The notes below the pieces were generated by a model. It did no database searches, was not told the origin of the DNA, and saw nothing but the letters and a program-made list of their open reading frames with translations. Shown piece by piece: positions 1 through 8,600 of a stretch of 64,000 nucleotides of DNA (position 1 is its first letter; the number at the start of each line of letters is the position of its first letter). The stretch lies in IMG/VR virus record IMGVR_UViG_3300008262_000017, positions 28,406 to 92,405 of that record. One strand, written 5' to 3'. The translations under genes were made by a program, and so were the position numbers. The DNA comes from a virus.

Positions 1-967
1 AAACGTAACTGGTTACACTTAATATATTAAAGGTACACATAAAAGTTACAGGCCTTGCTGTTTTTCTAATAAACAGATCTAAGTTCTTTTCCCATAATTC
101 TAAATCAAGACCTGTACGTAGATACTCAGCACGTTTACCCCAAGTGTCCATACTTGAAAAAACTTTAAATTCTTTTATCTTATTGTTAGATAATAAATCA
201 TTTACATTGTCAGCTAACTTTTCAACCATTGCTGTTTTTACACCAAGGTTACTATTAATATTAAGTTCTAAATGAGGTTTAGGTTCTTCACGAAGTGTGT
301 CAAATAATCTCCAAGTACTTTTATGCATTAACGGTTCTCCGCCGGTGATGCGAAGAATGTTTAATGTCTTAGACATTTCTGGCCACCATTTCCACCAAGC
401 TTCAATCCACGGATTATCTTCTTCTTGTTGAACTTTGAACCATTCAATACTGTTGCCGTGATTTTTTACTTTAGGGTAAGGACCATGCTGTTTGATTTCG
501 CTGTAGTAACTACTAGAGTGTTTAGGATGACAATAACCGCACTTAAAGTTACATTCGTTACTAAAACTAATTTCAATGTAGTCTGGATTTACATTAAGAT
601 CCCATCTGTTTGATGTTATTTCGTCTACCATTTCAGGTCGATACAATGCTGCATTACGAATGTGCCTATCACTGATATGATCACCACCTAAGTTTTCCAC
701 ATTCCAACAGTACTGACAACCTTTTGGTTTTTCTCCTACTAGCATTTCAGCACGTTCTTTTTTCTTTTGAATAGTGTTGTGCAATGCGCTGGGATTAGTT
801 TTTAATTCAATTAACGGAATATCATGAGGTGCAGGATGATAGCAACTGTGCGTTTGTCCCATGTGCATATACATAGTTACATGATGCCATTTAGCCAAAC
901 AAAATGTAGGACTAATTTCATTTGTTATTTCTATAACTTTTCTAATTTTGTCTGTTTCTCGACTCAT
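1..967 (-). CDS. Radical SAM protein with N-terminal Cys-rich (SPASM/twitch-like) domain, truncated at window start
   Basis: Not in the ORF track. My translation from ATG 967 (ATGA overlap with the upstream stop) gives MSRETDKIRK..FCLAKW..HSCYHP..GCQYCWNVE..SNECNFKCGYCHP (CxxxCxxC)..ILRITGGEPL. Paralogue of 964..2298. Confidence 0.9.
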   Translation of the reverse strand, partial: MSRETDKIRKVIEITNEISPTFCLAKWHHVTMYMHMGQTHSCYHPAPHDIPLIELKTNPSALHNTIQKKKERAEMLVGEKPKGCQYCWNVENLGGDHISDRHIRNAALYRPEMVDEITSNRWDLNVNPDYIEISFSNECNFKCGYCHPKHSSSYYSEIKQHGPYPKVKNHGNSIEWFKVQQEEDNPWIEAWWKWWPEMSKTLNILRITGGEPLMHKSTWRLFDTLREEPKPHLELNINSNLGVKTAMVEKLADNVNDLLSNNKIKEFKVFSSMDTWGKRAEYLRTGLDLELWEKNLDLFIRKTARPVTFMCTFNILSVTSYV

Positions 968-2298
968 AGCTGTTTACATTTTTGCAAAAATTCATTCATT
1001 TCAGGGAATGTATTTTGAAAACTTGTGCCTCTCCTTTTATCATGTTCTATAACAAATGCTGCAAAATCTTTTTGGTCTTGTATTTTAGATTGATTGTTTT
1101 TTACATGATTTTCAAATAATTTATAAATTCTTTCAAATCTATGAATTTCATGATCAAAAAACTCTCCAGACTTTATGTAGCTTAATTGATTATCAAAGTA
1201 TTTAATAAAAGATTGATCCAGGATGAATATATTTTGATGAGGAGGCCATCTAAGATAAGAGATATCTAAACTTAGATTTTTCTTGTTATGCTGGCTTCTT
1301 AAATCTATCCAATCTTTTAAGAAATCTAAGTAACTTGTAACGCTTAATGCATTGTACGTTGACATTACAGTGAGCTTACCATTTGGTACTTCTTTTAAAA
1401 ATTTATTACAATTTTCTTTCCACTCTTGATAATTAAGTCCAAATCTAATATATTCTGCGTTAGCACCGTGTGCCTCTGCACTAGTGTAAAGTTTAAAAGA
1501 TTTTATTAAATTATTTTCTTGAATGAATTTTATCTTATCAATAAACTGATTAAAAATTTTAGAGGGTACACCTAAGTTACTATTAATATTAAGTTCTAAA
1601 TTTGGTCTAGGATTTTGTATAATGTAGTCTAAAACTTTAAATGTGTTTTTAGTTAACAAAGGTTCGCCGCCAGTGATACGTAAAACTTCTAAACTAGGAT
1701 ATAGTGTAGGCCACCATTCCCAAAAAGCTTCAACATAAGGATTGTACTCAGATTCTGATACTGGCAATTTGTCCTGACTCTTTAACCATTCTAAATTGTT
1801 AAAATTTGTACTGGTAGGATAAGCGCCATGTTGTTTAATTTCTTCAGTCCATTTTGAACTTGCTTCAGGACTGCAATAGCTGCATTTAAAATTACAAGTG
1901 TTGCTGAAACTGACTTCTAAATAACTAGGATTATGATTTCCTAAAGGATTTGCAACAATAGAATCAATATGATTGATAGCCCAACTGTCTACACTTTTCA
2001 TTATACGATCGCTGTACACATCTAAGGAGGTATCTTCAACCTTCCAGCAGTAATCGCATTCAGCTGGTCTAATGCCATCAATCATTGCTAATTGCTGTTG
2101 CTTTTTAAAAGATGTATTATGCAATGCACTTACATTTACAGCAATTTCATTTAGAGGAATTTTATGAGCTACAGGATGATGACAACTATGAGTTTGACCA
2201 GTTGCTAAATGTATTGTTACTTGCTTCCATTTAGCAACACAGAAACTAGGACTAATAAAGTTTAGTTTGTTTCTAAACTCATTAATTTTATCTTTCAT
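964..2298 (-). CDS. Radical SAM protein with N-terminal Cys-rich (SPASM/twitch-like) domain
   Basis: CNFKCSYC (CxxxCxxC) and ITGGEPLL (GGE motif); extra cysteines in FCVAKW, HSCHHP and CDYCW. Confidence 0.9.
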   Translation of the reverse strand: MKDKINEFRNKLNFISPSFCVAKWKQVTIHLATGQTHSCHHPVAHKIPLNEIAVNVSALHNTSFKKQQQLAMIDGIRPAECDYCWKVEDTSLDVYSDRIMKSVDSWAINHIDSIVANPLGNHNPSYLEVSFSNTCNFKCSYCSPEASSKWTEEIKQHGAYPTSTNFNNLEWLKSQDKLPVSESEYNPYVEAFWEWWPTLYPSLEVLRITGGEPLLTKNTFKVLDYIIQNPRPNLELNINSNLGVPSKIFNQFIDKIKFIQENNLIKSFKLYTSAEAHGANAEYIRFGLNYQEWKENCNKFLKEVPNGKLTVMSTYNALSVTSYLDFLKDWIDLRSQHNKKNLSLDISYLRWPPHQNIFILDQSFIKYFDNQLSYIKSGEFFDHEIHRFERIYKLFENHVKNNQSKIQDQKDFAAFVIEHDKRRGTSFQNTFPEMNEFLQKCKQL

Positions 2299-3185
2299 CT
2301 TTTTAGAATTCTATCCGTGTTGGTATAAACTCTTTTAAAAAATTTAGAACCTTCCTTGTCAATATTTGATATTTCTAAATCTAATTCAGTTTTAAGCTGA
2401 CTGCTTAACCAGACACTGTAGTCATCAGGATCTGTTTTATCTTCATGTTTTTCTTTCCAATAATTTGTAAGATAGTCAAAATCTCTAACATTAGCATAAT
2501 CCCAATCTGTACAGTTTGTCATATAGCAGCCTTCTCTGGCTCCTAGCATACTCCAGATACCGTTCTCTACATCAGCACCAACGTTACACCATATTAACAA
2601 ACGTTGATAATTTTGCCACCAAACACGTTTGATATCATCAGCTTTAGCGCCTTCGTTTAAACTCATTTTTACGCCTTCACGAAATCCTGCACGCCATGCT
2701 TGAAATGGAGTTGCGTTTGTAAAACTCTCACTGTAGTTTTCGTTAAACTGATAATATCTGTTATCAAAACAAAACTCAACTAGTCCTTTATGATCATTAG
2801 GATCTGAGTTTTCGTGAGTCTTCATTTCATTAACAAATTTTCGAGTCCATAACTTGAGGCCGCCATTTCCATACATTAGATGATTGACGTGTACTTTGCC
2901 GCACCAACTGAATACATGATTTTCAGTCAGTCCTAGTTCTTCTAAGTCTATTTCGACTTGAAAAAACTTAGGGTCAACAATATTGTCTGCGTCAACTGTA
3001 ACAAAATATTCAGTTTCGCTTTTTGCAGCACAGGCTTTATGTGCCGCATCACTGCCTTTAACTCCGTGAACACGTTTAGCCCACGGTACTTTTTTTACCA
3101 AGTCTGCATAATTTTTTTCTGCATTAGGCTCATCATAACTTAAAAATACAATATCTTGATCAACAACTTTAATCTTACTGGACAT
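2295..3185 (-). CDS. GT-A fold glycosyltransferase-like protein
   Basis: FVTVDADN DxD motif after an N-terminal VFLSYDEP strand; AWRAGFREGVK motif; likely start ATG 3185 (MSSKIKV). Confidence 0.65.
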   Translation of the reverse strand: MSSKIKVVDQDIVFLSYDEPNAEKNYADLVKKVPWAKRVHGVKGSDAAHKACAAKSETEYFVTVDADNIVDPKFFQVEIDLEELGLTENHVFSWCGKVHVNHLMYGNGGLKLWTRKFVNEMKTHENSDPNDHKGLVEFCFDNRYYQFNENYSESFTNATPFQAWRAGFREGVKMSLNEGAKADDIKRVWWQNYQRLLIWCNVGADVENGIWSMLGAREGCYMTNCTDWDYANVRDFDYLTNYWKEKHEDKTDPDDYSVWLSSQLKTELDLEISNIDKEGSKFFKRVYTNTDRILKR

Positions 3186-3765
3186 ATTTTTCCTTAACAC
3201 AATAGTCTCTAAACTTTTTAATAGTATACACTGAAATATTTGAAAAATCTAGTTCCATATTAGAAGTAAACTCGAACGATACTGGTCCGTTAATCAAGTC
3301 AGTTGCACTTGCTATATATTCTGCTATCAAAAAACACGGGTTGTCTTTTTTACAAATATAAAAAGGAACGGTAGATACAATAGTTAATCTATCTGTTGCT
3401 TGAGACGTTGTAGTTGCAATCCAAACTTTTTCTTGTATGTTATATTCAAAAATTACATCACAATTTGTTAAATCTTTTTTTGGAATTTCATACAGAATAT
3501 AATCAGTTTTTATAAGATCTTCTTGTTCCTCTGTGTCTGAAATAAGTCCTGCACTAATATTAAAGAAATAGTCAATTTTGTATTTTGTACAATCTTTAAT
3601 GCCTCGAATAAAATTTGGAATTAAATGTATGCTAATTTCAAAATTATTTAAACTTTCATCTTTAACATTACTAGCCAAATAAACTTTACCGTCATTATCA
3701 TAATGTACAAAAAAACTTTTTACTTCATAGGCTTCTATGAAAGGTTTAACTATATCTTCTTGCAT
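3175..3765 (-). CDS. Hypothetical protein
   Basis: ORF overlapping both neighbours in a coupled operon; no recognisable motif; ATG 3765 preferred over GTG 3771. Confidence 0.7.
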   Translation of the reverse strand: MQEDIVKPFIEAYEVKSFFVHYDNDGKVYLASNVKDESLNNFEISIHLIPNFIRGIKDCTKYKIDYFFNISAGLISDTEEQEDLIKTDYILYEIPKKDLTNCDVIFEYNIQEKVWIATTTSQATDRLTIVSTVPFYICKKDNPCFLIAEYIASATDLINGPVSFEFTSNMELDFSNISVYTIKKFRDYCVKEKYVQ

Positions 3766-4579
3766 AAGCACTTTCTAATTTTTTAATAAAATTTTCAGTT
3801 AAGAAACCTTCTTCTACATAATGCAACAATCCAGATTGTTGAAAATTTCCCACTTTTAAATTTAATTCATCATCTAAAAAACTGTTCAATACATTTGTCC
3901 ATTTAGATGGAATATTTTTCCATCCTTGCACACCTGGTTTCATATGAATAAAAGAAGGAATTCCTCCTTTATCTACATGTGTACCCATAAATCTAAGAGC
4001 TAACGCGGCGCTAAGATCAATGCTACAAAAAGATTGGGCATGATTTTTTAAATGAATTCTATAAAATTTTTGCCAATGTACTACAATAATTTCAAGCCAT
4101 TTGAAAAATTCATAAGCAGTATTTACTTTTCTAAAATAAAATGCTCCTGTGTAAATATTATCTAATCCGTTACGTGTGAATGATTTTCTGTAATAATTGC
4201 TGTTAACAACATTACCTCTATAATCACGAACATGAGTAGTAAAACATAAATCTTTGTTTTCGAAATAATCCCACCAATGGTCATTACTTTCTAATAACAA
4301 CATATCAACATCATATACAATATTTTCTTCAAATGGAGTTGCATAGATTATCTTCCATCTGTTTTCAATTTTCCATTGAGTAGATGCAGCTGAATCTTTC
4401 CATGGAATCGGAACTATGTGATCAAATACATATCTGTATTTTTCTGGAACTGAGTCGTTAGTAATAAGACAAGTTTTGTTTTCTTGATTATGTATTTTAA
4501 TAGACAACGCTAGTGCATAGGCTTGCTCAACATAATCTACGTCAGAATTTTGCGCTAAAAATACATGACCTTTACTCAT
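3746..4579 (-). CDS. Nucleotide-diphospho-sugar transferase (GT8/mannosyltransferase-like)
   Basis: YVEQAYALALSIK, TPFEENIVYDVDML (DxD), YTGAFYFRK, FIHMKP. Confidence 0.75.
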   Translation of the reverse strand: MSKGHVFLAQNSDVDYVEQAYALALSIKIHNQENKTCLITNDSVPEKYRYVFDHIVPIPWKDSAASTQWKIENRWKIIYATPFEENIVYDVDMLLLESNDHWWDYFENKDLCFTTHVRDYRGNVVNSNYYRKSFTRNGLDNIYTGAFYFRKVNTAYEFFKWLEIIVVHWQKFYRIHLKNHAQSFCSIDLSAALALRFMGTHVDKGGIPSFIHMKPGVQGWKNIPSKWTNVLNSFLDDELNLKVGNFQQSGLLHYVEEGFLTENFIKKLESAYARRYS

Positions 4580-5402
4580 TATCTAACATCCTTATTAAAC
4601 TATATTTGTTCATTACGTGAATGTCATTGTTAGAAAATTTCAAAGGCAGATAATCACTTTCTTTATTTTCATTTTCAACTAAAAAATAAAAATCTCTATC
4701 TTTTATCTTAACTAAAATATCTCTATCTAAAGTATAAAATAATTTGCCTGGCAAACGTTTTGCAAATTCTCCAGACGAATATCCGTTCATAATATGAATT
4801 GCAATACTAAAAGCAAAATCATTTCTAAAACTTGAACTATTAAGATGAAATAAAAATTTGTAATATTGCCAATGCTGTTTAATATGAGATACTAAAGAAA
4901 AAAACTGAGCTGTTTCTTCAGTCTTTTTAAAAAAGAACACAGTAGCCCAGTAAAATGGAATAGAATAATCACTTAAATGTGTAAATTCACTTACGTCTTT
5001 TCTTTGGCCTATATCATAAAATTTATTATATATTAAAAAGTCATAAGGTTGATTCCAACAATAAGAAAGAACATTAGAGTTTATTACATAATCAACATCT
5101 ATTACAAGAGTCTCATCGTACGGGGACAAATCAAAACTATCATTTCTGTGAGAATTTTTCCAATGAGTTTTAGATATTTTGGCGCCGTCGTGAAATCTTT
5201 TAAGATGATATTTCTCATTTTCAATAATTATGATGTTATCAAATAACAATTTATCATTTATTAACAAAGATGATTCTTCATCTGTAACTACAGACACTGG
5301 CACTTGTAAAAATTTATGTACTCTTTTAGCAGTATCTTCAGCTAGCTTTATATAATTAATTTCAGAATTATTTAAAGCAAATAACAACACACCTTTAGTC
5401 AT
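4572..5402 (-). CDS. Nucleotide-diphospho-sugar transferase, paralogue of 3746..4579
   Basis: MTKGVLLFA start parallels MSKGHVFLA; SPYDETLVIDVDY (DxD), WATVFFFKK, FRNDFAFSIA, HVMNK. Confidence 0.75.
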   Translation of the reverse strand: MTKGVLLFALNNSEINYIKLAEDTAKRVHKFLQVPVSVVTDEESSLLINDKLLFDNIIIIENEKYHLKRFHDGAKISKTHWKNSHRNDSFDLSPYDETLVIDVDYVINSNVLSYCWNQPYDFLIYNKFYDIGQRKDVSEFTHLSDYSIPFYWATVFFFKKTEETAQFFSLVSHIKQHWQYYKFLFHLNSSSFRNDFAFSIAIHIMNGYSSGEFAKRLPGKLFYTLDRDILVKIKDRDFYFLVENENKESDYLPLKFSNNDIHVMNKYSLIRMLDNE

Positions 5403-5751
5403 AAAGATCAATCAAACTTTCTATTTTACGCTGTTTGATTAATGAACTATGCTTGTTGTAATAAGCATTAGCTGATTCAAAATAAACTGAAACTACCTTA
5501 TCAAAAAAAGTTTTGAGATTTTCTATATTGACAGGGGTATTGTTATCATCTACTAAAACTACATTTTCTGTATAACCAATATCTAATAAAGTTTTAGAAA
5601 AATTAATCAATTCTTTCGAAGACGTAAAAGTTCCTCCATTTTCGTAATAGAGAAGACTTTGTAAAAATTCTTCATTTAAAATATTTTTTTGGCTAACCAA
5701 CGTAGCCATATAATTGGCATTATCAAATGCCTTTTGAACTCTTTCGTCCAC
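5395..5751 (-). CDS. Hypothetical protein, first gene of the modification cluster
   Basis: GTG start with TAGGAG Shine-Dalgarno at 5763-5758. Confidence 0.8.
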   Translation of the reverse strand: MDERVQKAFDNANYMATLVSQKNILNEEFLQSLLYYENGGTFTSSKELINFSKTLLDIGYTENVVLVDDNNTPVNIENLKTFFDKVVSVYFESANAYYNKHSSLIKQRKIESLIDLYD

Positions 5752-5797
5752 AAAAAACTCCTAAGTTAATAGTACTATACTATTTTATCTTAGGAGT
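5752..5797 (-). terminator. Intrinsic terminator / SD-sequestering hairpin at the end of the late structural operon
   Basis: ACTCCTAAG (5757-5765) pairs with CTTAGGAGT (5789-5797); inner AATAGTA/TACTATT stem; followed on the minus strand by a T-run. Confidence 0.65.
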
Positions 5798-5802
5798 GTC
5801 AA
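5774..5802 (-). promoter_or_regulatory. Sigma70-type (early) promoter
   Basis: TTGACA (5802-5797), 17-nt spacer, TATAGT (5779-5774). Confidence 0.7.
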
Positions 5803-5820
5803 TGATTTAGGTAAAACTGG

Positions 5821-6882
5821 TTATAGAGCAGTTGCAACGCCTGTAGGTGCTGGAACATCAACGTTTCCGCCAGTACCAGATGGTCTTGTGCATCGAACTA
5901 GACTAGTTAACGTACCTGTTACTTCTTCGTCAACGGCGCTGCCGATACCAGTTTGATCGCCTGCGTCGTCATCTCTGAATGTAATTACAAACTCTAATGT
6001 GCTAGCAGTTGGTCTACGCACTTTAATAATGTAGTCGTTTTCTACATACTTGTTATTAGGTGTTGTAGGACCAGTTGTTCTAAATATTTGTGTGTAGTTA
6101 GTTGATCCAGTAACAAGCTGAAAAAATCCAGTTGTAGTAGCAGTACCAGGAAGTGTACTATCAGCTGTTGGACCAGTTCCGCCTTCAGTAGAAGTAGCAG
6201 TATTAGTATTTCCGCCGCCTAAAGATTGTGTGTTGTTAGCACCAAAATAAATTTGTTGGAACTGATTTAGTAAATCTTTCCACATAGCATTTTTAGTTCC
6301 AGCTGCTGGAGGATCAATAGTAGGTACAAAGGTACCAGAAATTTGAATATAACCACCAGTATTAAAGAAATAAGTTGCATGATCTGCAGGAGTAACAGTA
6401 AACGCACCTCCATTTTGTGTATAACCGTTAAATGTAAGAGTTACTGTATGACTGATAACGTCTGTAGCTCCTCCCCAGTTTGCAGTTCTTTGGGTAGAAG
6501 TGATAGCTACGTTAGGAGTTAACTGAGCAGCATTATGCTGATTTTTATTAGTATTAATAAAGTTTGAAAAATTAGTATACTGAGTTAAAATTGCATCACT
6601 AATAACAGTAGAAGATCCAATTGTTTGTAAGTAAGGAGGATTAACATTAACAATAGCTAATACGTCTTCCACTGCAGGTGTATTATTTGTTTGGTGTATG
6701 TATGCTCTTATCATGTCAGTTCTTACACTATTCCATTGTGTAGATGAAACAACAGTGTTAGGTTGAGCTGGGGCACTATTTAAAAATTGCCCGTATCCTG
6801 TAGGGTTTGCACCTAAAACTAAACTGGTTGTTGCTTGCAAATTATTATATGCAGCTGAGGTAATGCTATCGCCTTTTGACAT
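5821..6882 (-). CDS. Putative virion structural (tail fibre/baseplate-associated) protein
   Basis: T/G/N-rich, beta-strand-type composition; last gene of the structural operon; AAGGAGG SD. Confidence 0.6.
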   Translation of the reverse strand: MSKGDSITSAAYNNLQATTSLVLGANPTGYGQFLNSAPAQPNTVVSSTQWNSVRTDMIRAYIHQTNNTPAVEDVLAIVNVNPPYLQTIGSSTVISDAILTQYTNFSNFINTNKNQHNAAQLTPNVAITSTQRTANWGGATDVISHTVTLTFNGYTQNGGAFTVTPADHATYFFNTGGYIQISGTFVPTIDPPAAGTKNAMWKDLLNQFQQIYFGANNTQSLGGGNTNTATSTEGGTGPTADSTLPGTATTTGFFQLVTGSTNYTQIFRTTGPTTPNNKYVENDYIIKVRRPTASTLEFVITFRDDDAGDQTGIGSAVDEEVTGTLTSLVRCTRPSGTGGNVDVPAPTGVATAL

Positions 6883-6894
6883 ATTACATCCTCC

Positions 6895-8565
6895 TTATAG
6901 TATAATTGATTCTACTAGCTTAACACCAGGGTCGTCATTAGTTTCTAATGCAATAGCAAATGTATCAGGGAAAGTTCCTGCTCTAATAGGCATGTTTCTT
7001 AAAATAGATGCTGCTTCTGCGGCGCAACCGTTATCGGCTGCAATAAGCTTATCACCTTTATTAACCGGTCCTGTTACTTTAACTGGAACTCGGCCTTTAA
7101 GAGCAATATATGTTCCTCCAACTAATCCACTGTTCATCATGTATGCAGGGTTCTGAGACACTGCACCAAATGCTCTATCTCCTGCTGAACAAGCAGTTAC
7201 TTCAGCGTCGCCGCCTACTACAACCACTGTACCAACTTCATACTCTTGGTCTGCTAAATATTTTTCCGCCAAGTCGGCGAATAGTGCTGATGTTGCGATT
7301 CCCACGAAATAATTTCCTTTCACTGATCCTGGAGTAATTGTTATACCCCCTACAACTTCTTCAGAAGTTGTTCTAGCTACAATAGCTCCGGAAGCAACTG
7401 TTTCAGTTGCTACCCTATAACTTGTTCCTACAAGAAGATTATTAGCATTAGTAGCTGTAGTAGCTGTAGTTGCTGTAGTAGCAGTTCCAGATATACTAAC
7501 ATTATATGTTCCACTTAATCTACCAGTAGGTACTGTTCCAGTAGAAAGTTCAGATGCATTTAACGATGTTAAATTAGTGCCTGCGCCGTAAAATTGGGCA
7601 GCATATACATTTTTAAATTGTTCTCCGGACGATCCTAGATCAGTTGTATTATTTACACCCGGAAGAACATGAGCACCTTGTAATTTAATAGGAGTATTAG
7701 CTTGAGTTTGAAATTTTAATGTATTTGATGTTATTGTTCTAATTAAAGGAGTAATACCATCACTGTCTATCTTTACTTCTAAATCAGCACCATCACCTAC
7801 AGTGTAGCCAAAATCTGAAAAACGAACTATTTCTTCAAAAGCTAGACTTCCAGCAGATTTTAAATAAAAGTCTTCCCAAGACAATAGTTGTCCAGATTCA
7901 CCAACTAAGCCTCTTGCTGAACTAACTGTTCCCCAAAAAACATCATTTAACGTTACATCTGTAATGCCTTCGTCATTGTTTGTATTAGCAAGTGTAATAC
8001 CTTTTTTAATTCTTCCAAAGCCTGTAATAGGTGTTTGATTTCCTAATACAAAAGTTTCAGAAGATATAACAAATGCAACTACACCATTAACAAATGCCTT
8101 AATTATTCCCCTAGTTGCGCCAGTTGTATCAATAGCCGAATCTGATACCATTTCAGTAGTACCTAATCCTGGAACACCTTGAGGTCCTATTAGGATAAAT
8201 GTAGATCCATTCCATGCATAAAGTTGTTCGTTGTTGTCGTCCCACCACAAGTCACCTATGGATAAACCAGAAGGAGCTGCACTAGCTACTTGGGCGCCTC
8301 CGGCTGTTTTCCATTGCAATGTTGCAGAGTCGTAATATTTTAGTTTTCTAACACTGGTATCGTACCAAATTTGACCGCTAATTGGTCTCGGAGGAGGATT
8401 AATTCCTGCAAAGTTTTCTAGGATATGTACAAAATTTTCATTTTGTGTTTCACCGTAACCAGCATAATTTTTACCTATTAGACGAATGTCTAATGAGTTG
8501 TCGATCGTGCCATCCTCAACTGTAATTGTTCTCGATCCGCTGTATGTATCGACGCTATAAGCCAT
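6895..8565 (-). CDS. Tail fibre/baseplate protein with C-terminal intramolecular-chaperone-like domain
   Basis: N-terminal GKNYAGYGE..ENFVHILENFA..GQIWYD module; C-terminal ADLAEKY..GTVVVVGG..GAVS..PAYMMN..ALKGRVPVKV; start ATG 8565 with GGAG SD. Confidence 0.7.
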   Translation of the reverse strand: MAYSVDTYSGSRTITVEDGTIDNSLDIRLIGKNYAGYGETQNENFVHILENFAGINPPPRPISGQIWYDTSVRKLKYYDSATLQWKTAGGAQVASAAPSGLSIGDLWWDDNNEQLYAWNGSTFILIGPQGVPGLGTTEMVSDSAIDTTGATRGIIKAFVNGVVAFVISSETFVLGNQTPITGFGRIKKGITLANTNNDEGITDVTLNDVFWGTVSSARGLVGESGQLLSWEDFYLKSAGSLAFEEIVRFSDFGYTVGDGADLEVKIDSDGITPLIRTITSNTLKFQTQANTPIKLQGAHVLPGVNNTTDLGSSGEQFKNVYAAQFYGAGTNLTSLNASELSTGTVPTGRLSGTYNVSISGTATTATTATTATNANNLLVGTSYRVATETVASGAIVARTTSEEVVGGITITPGSVKGNYFVGIATSALFADLAEKYLADQEYEVGTVVVVGGDAEVTACSAGDRAFGAVSQNPAYMMNSGLVGGTYIALKGRVPVKVTGPVNKGDKLIAADNGCAAEAASILRNMPIRAGTFPDTFAIALETNDDPGVKLVESIIL

Positions 8566-8588
8566 AAATCCTGTCTCCAATCTATATA

Positions 8589-8594
8589 TATTTA
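8589..8594 (-). promoter_or_regulatory. gp55-type late promoter (TAAATA)
   Basis: aTAAATA in the short intergenic gap upstream of 8565. Confidence 0.6.
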
Positions 8595-8600
8595 TTCTAA

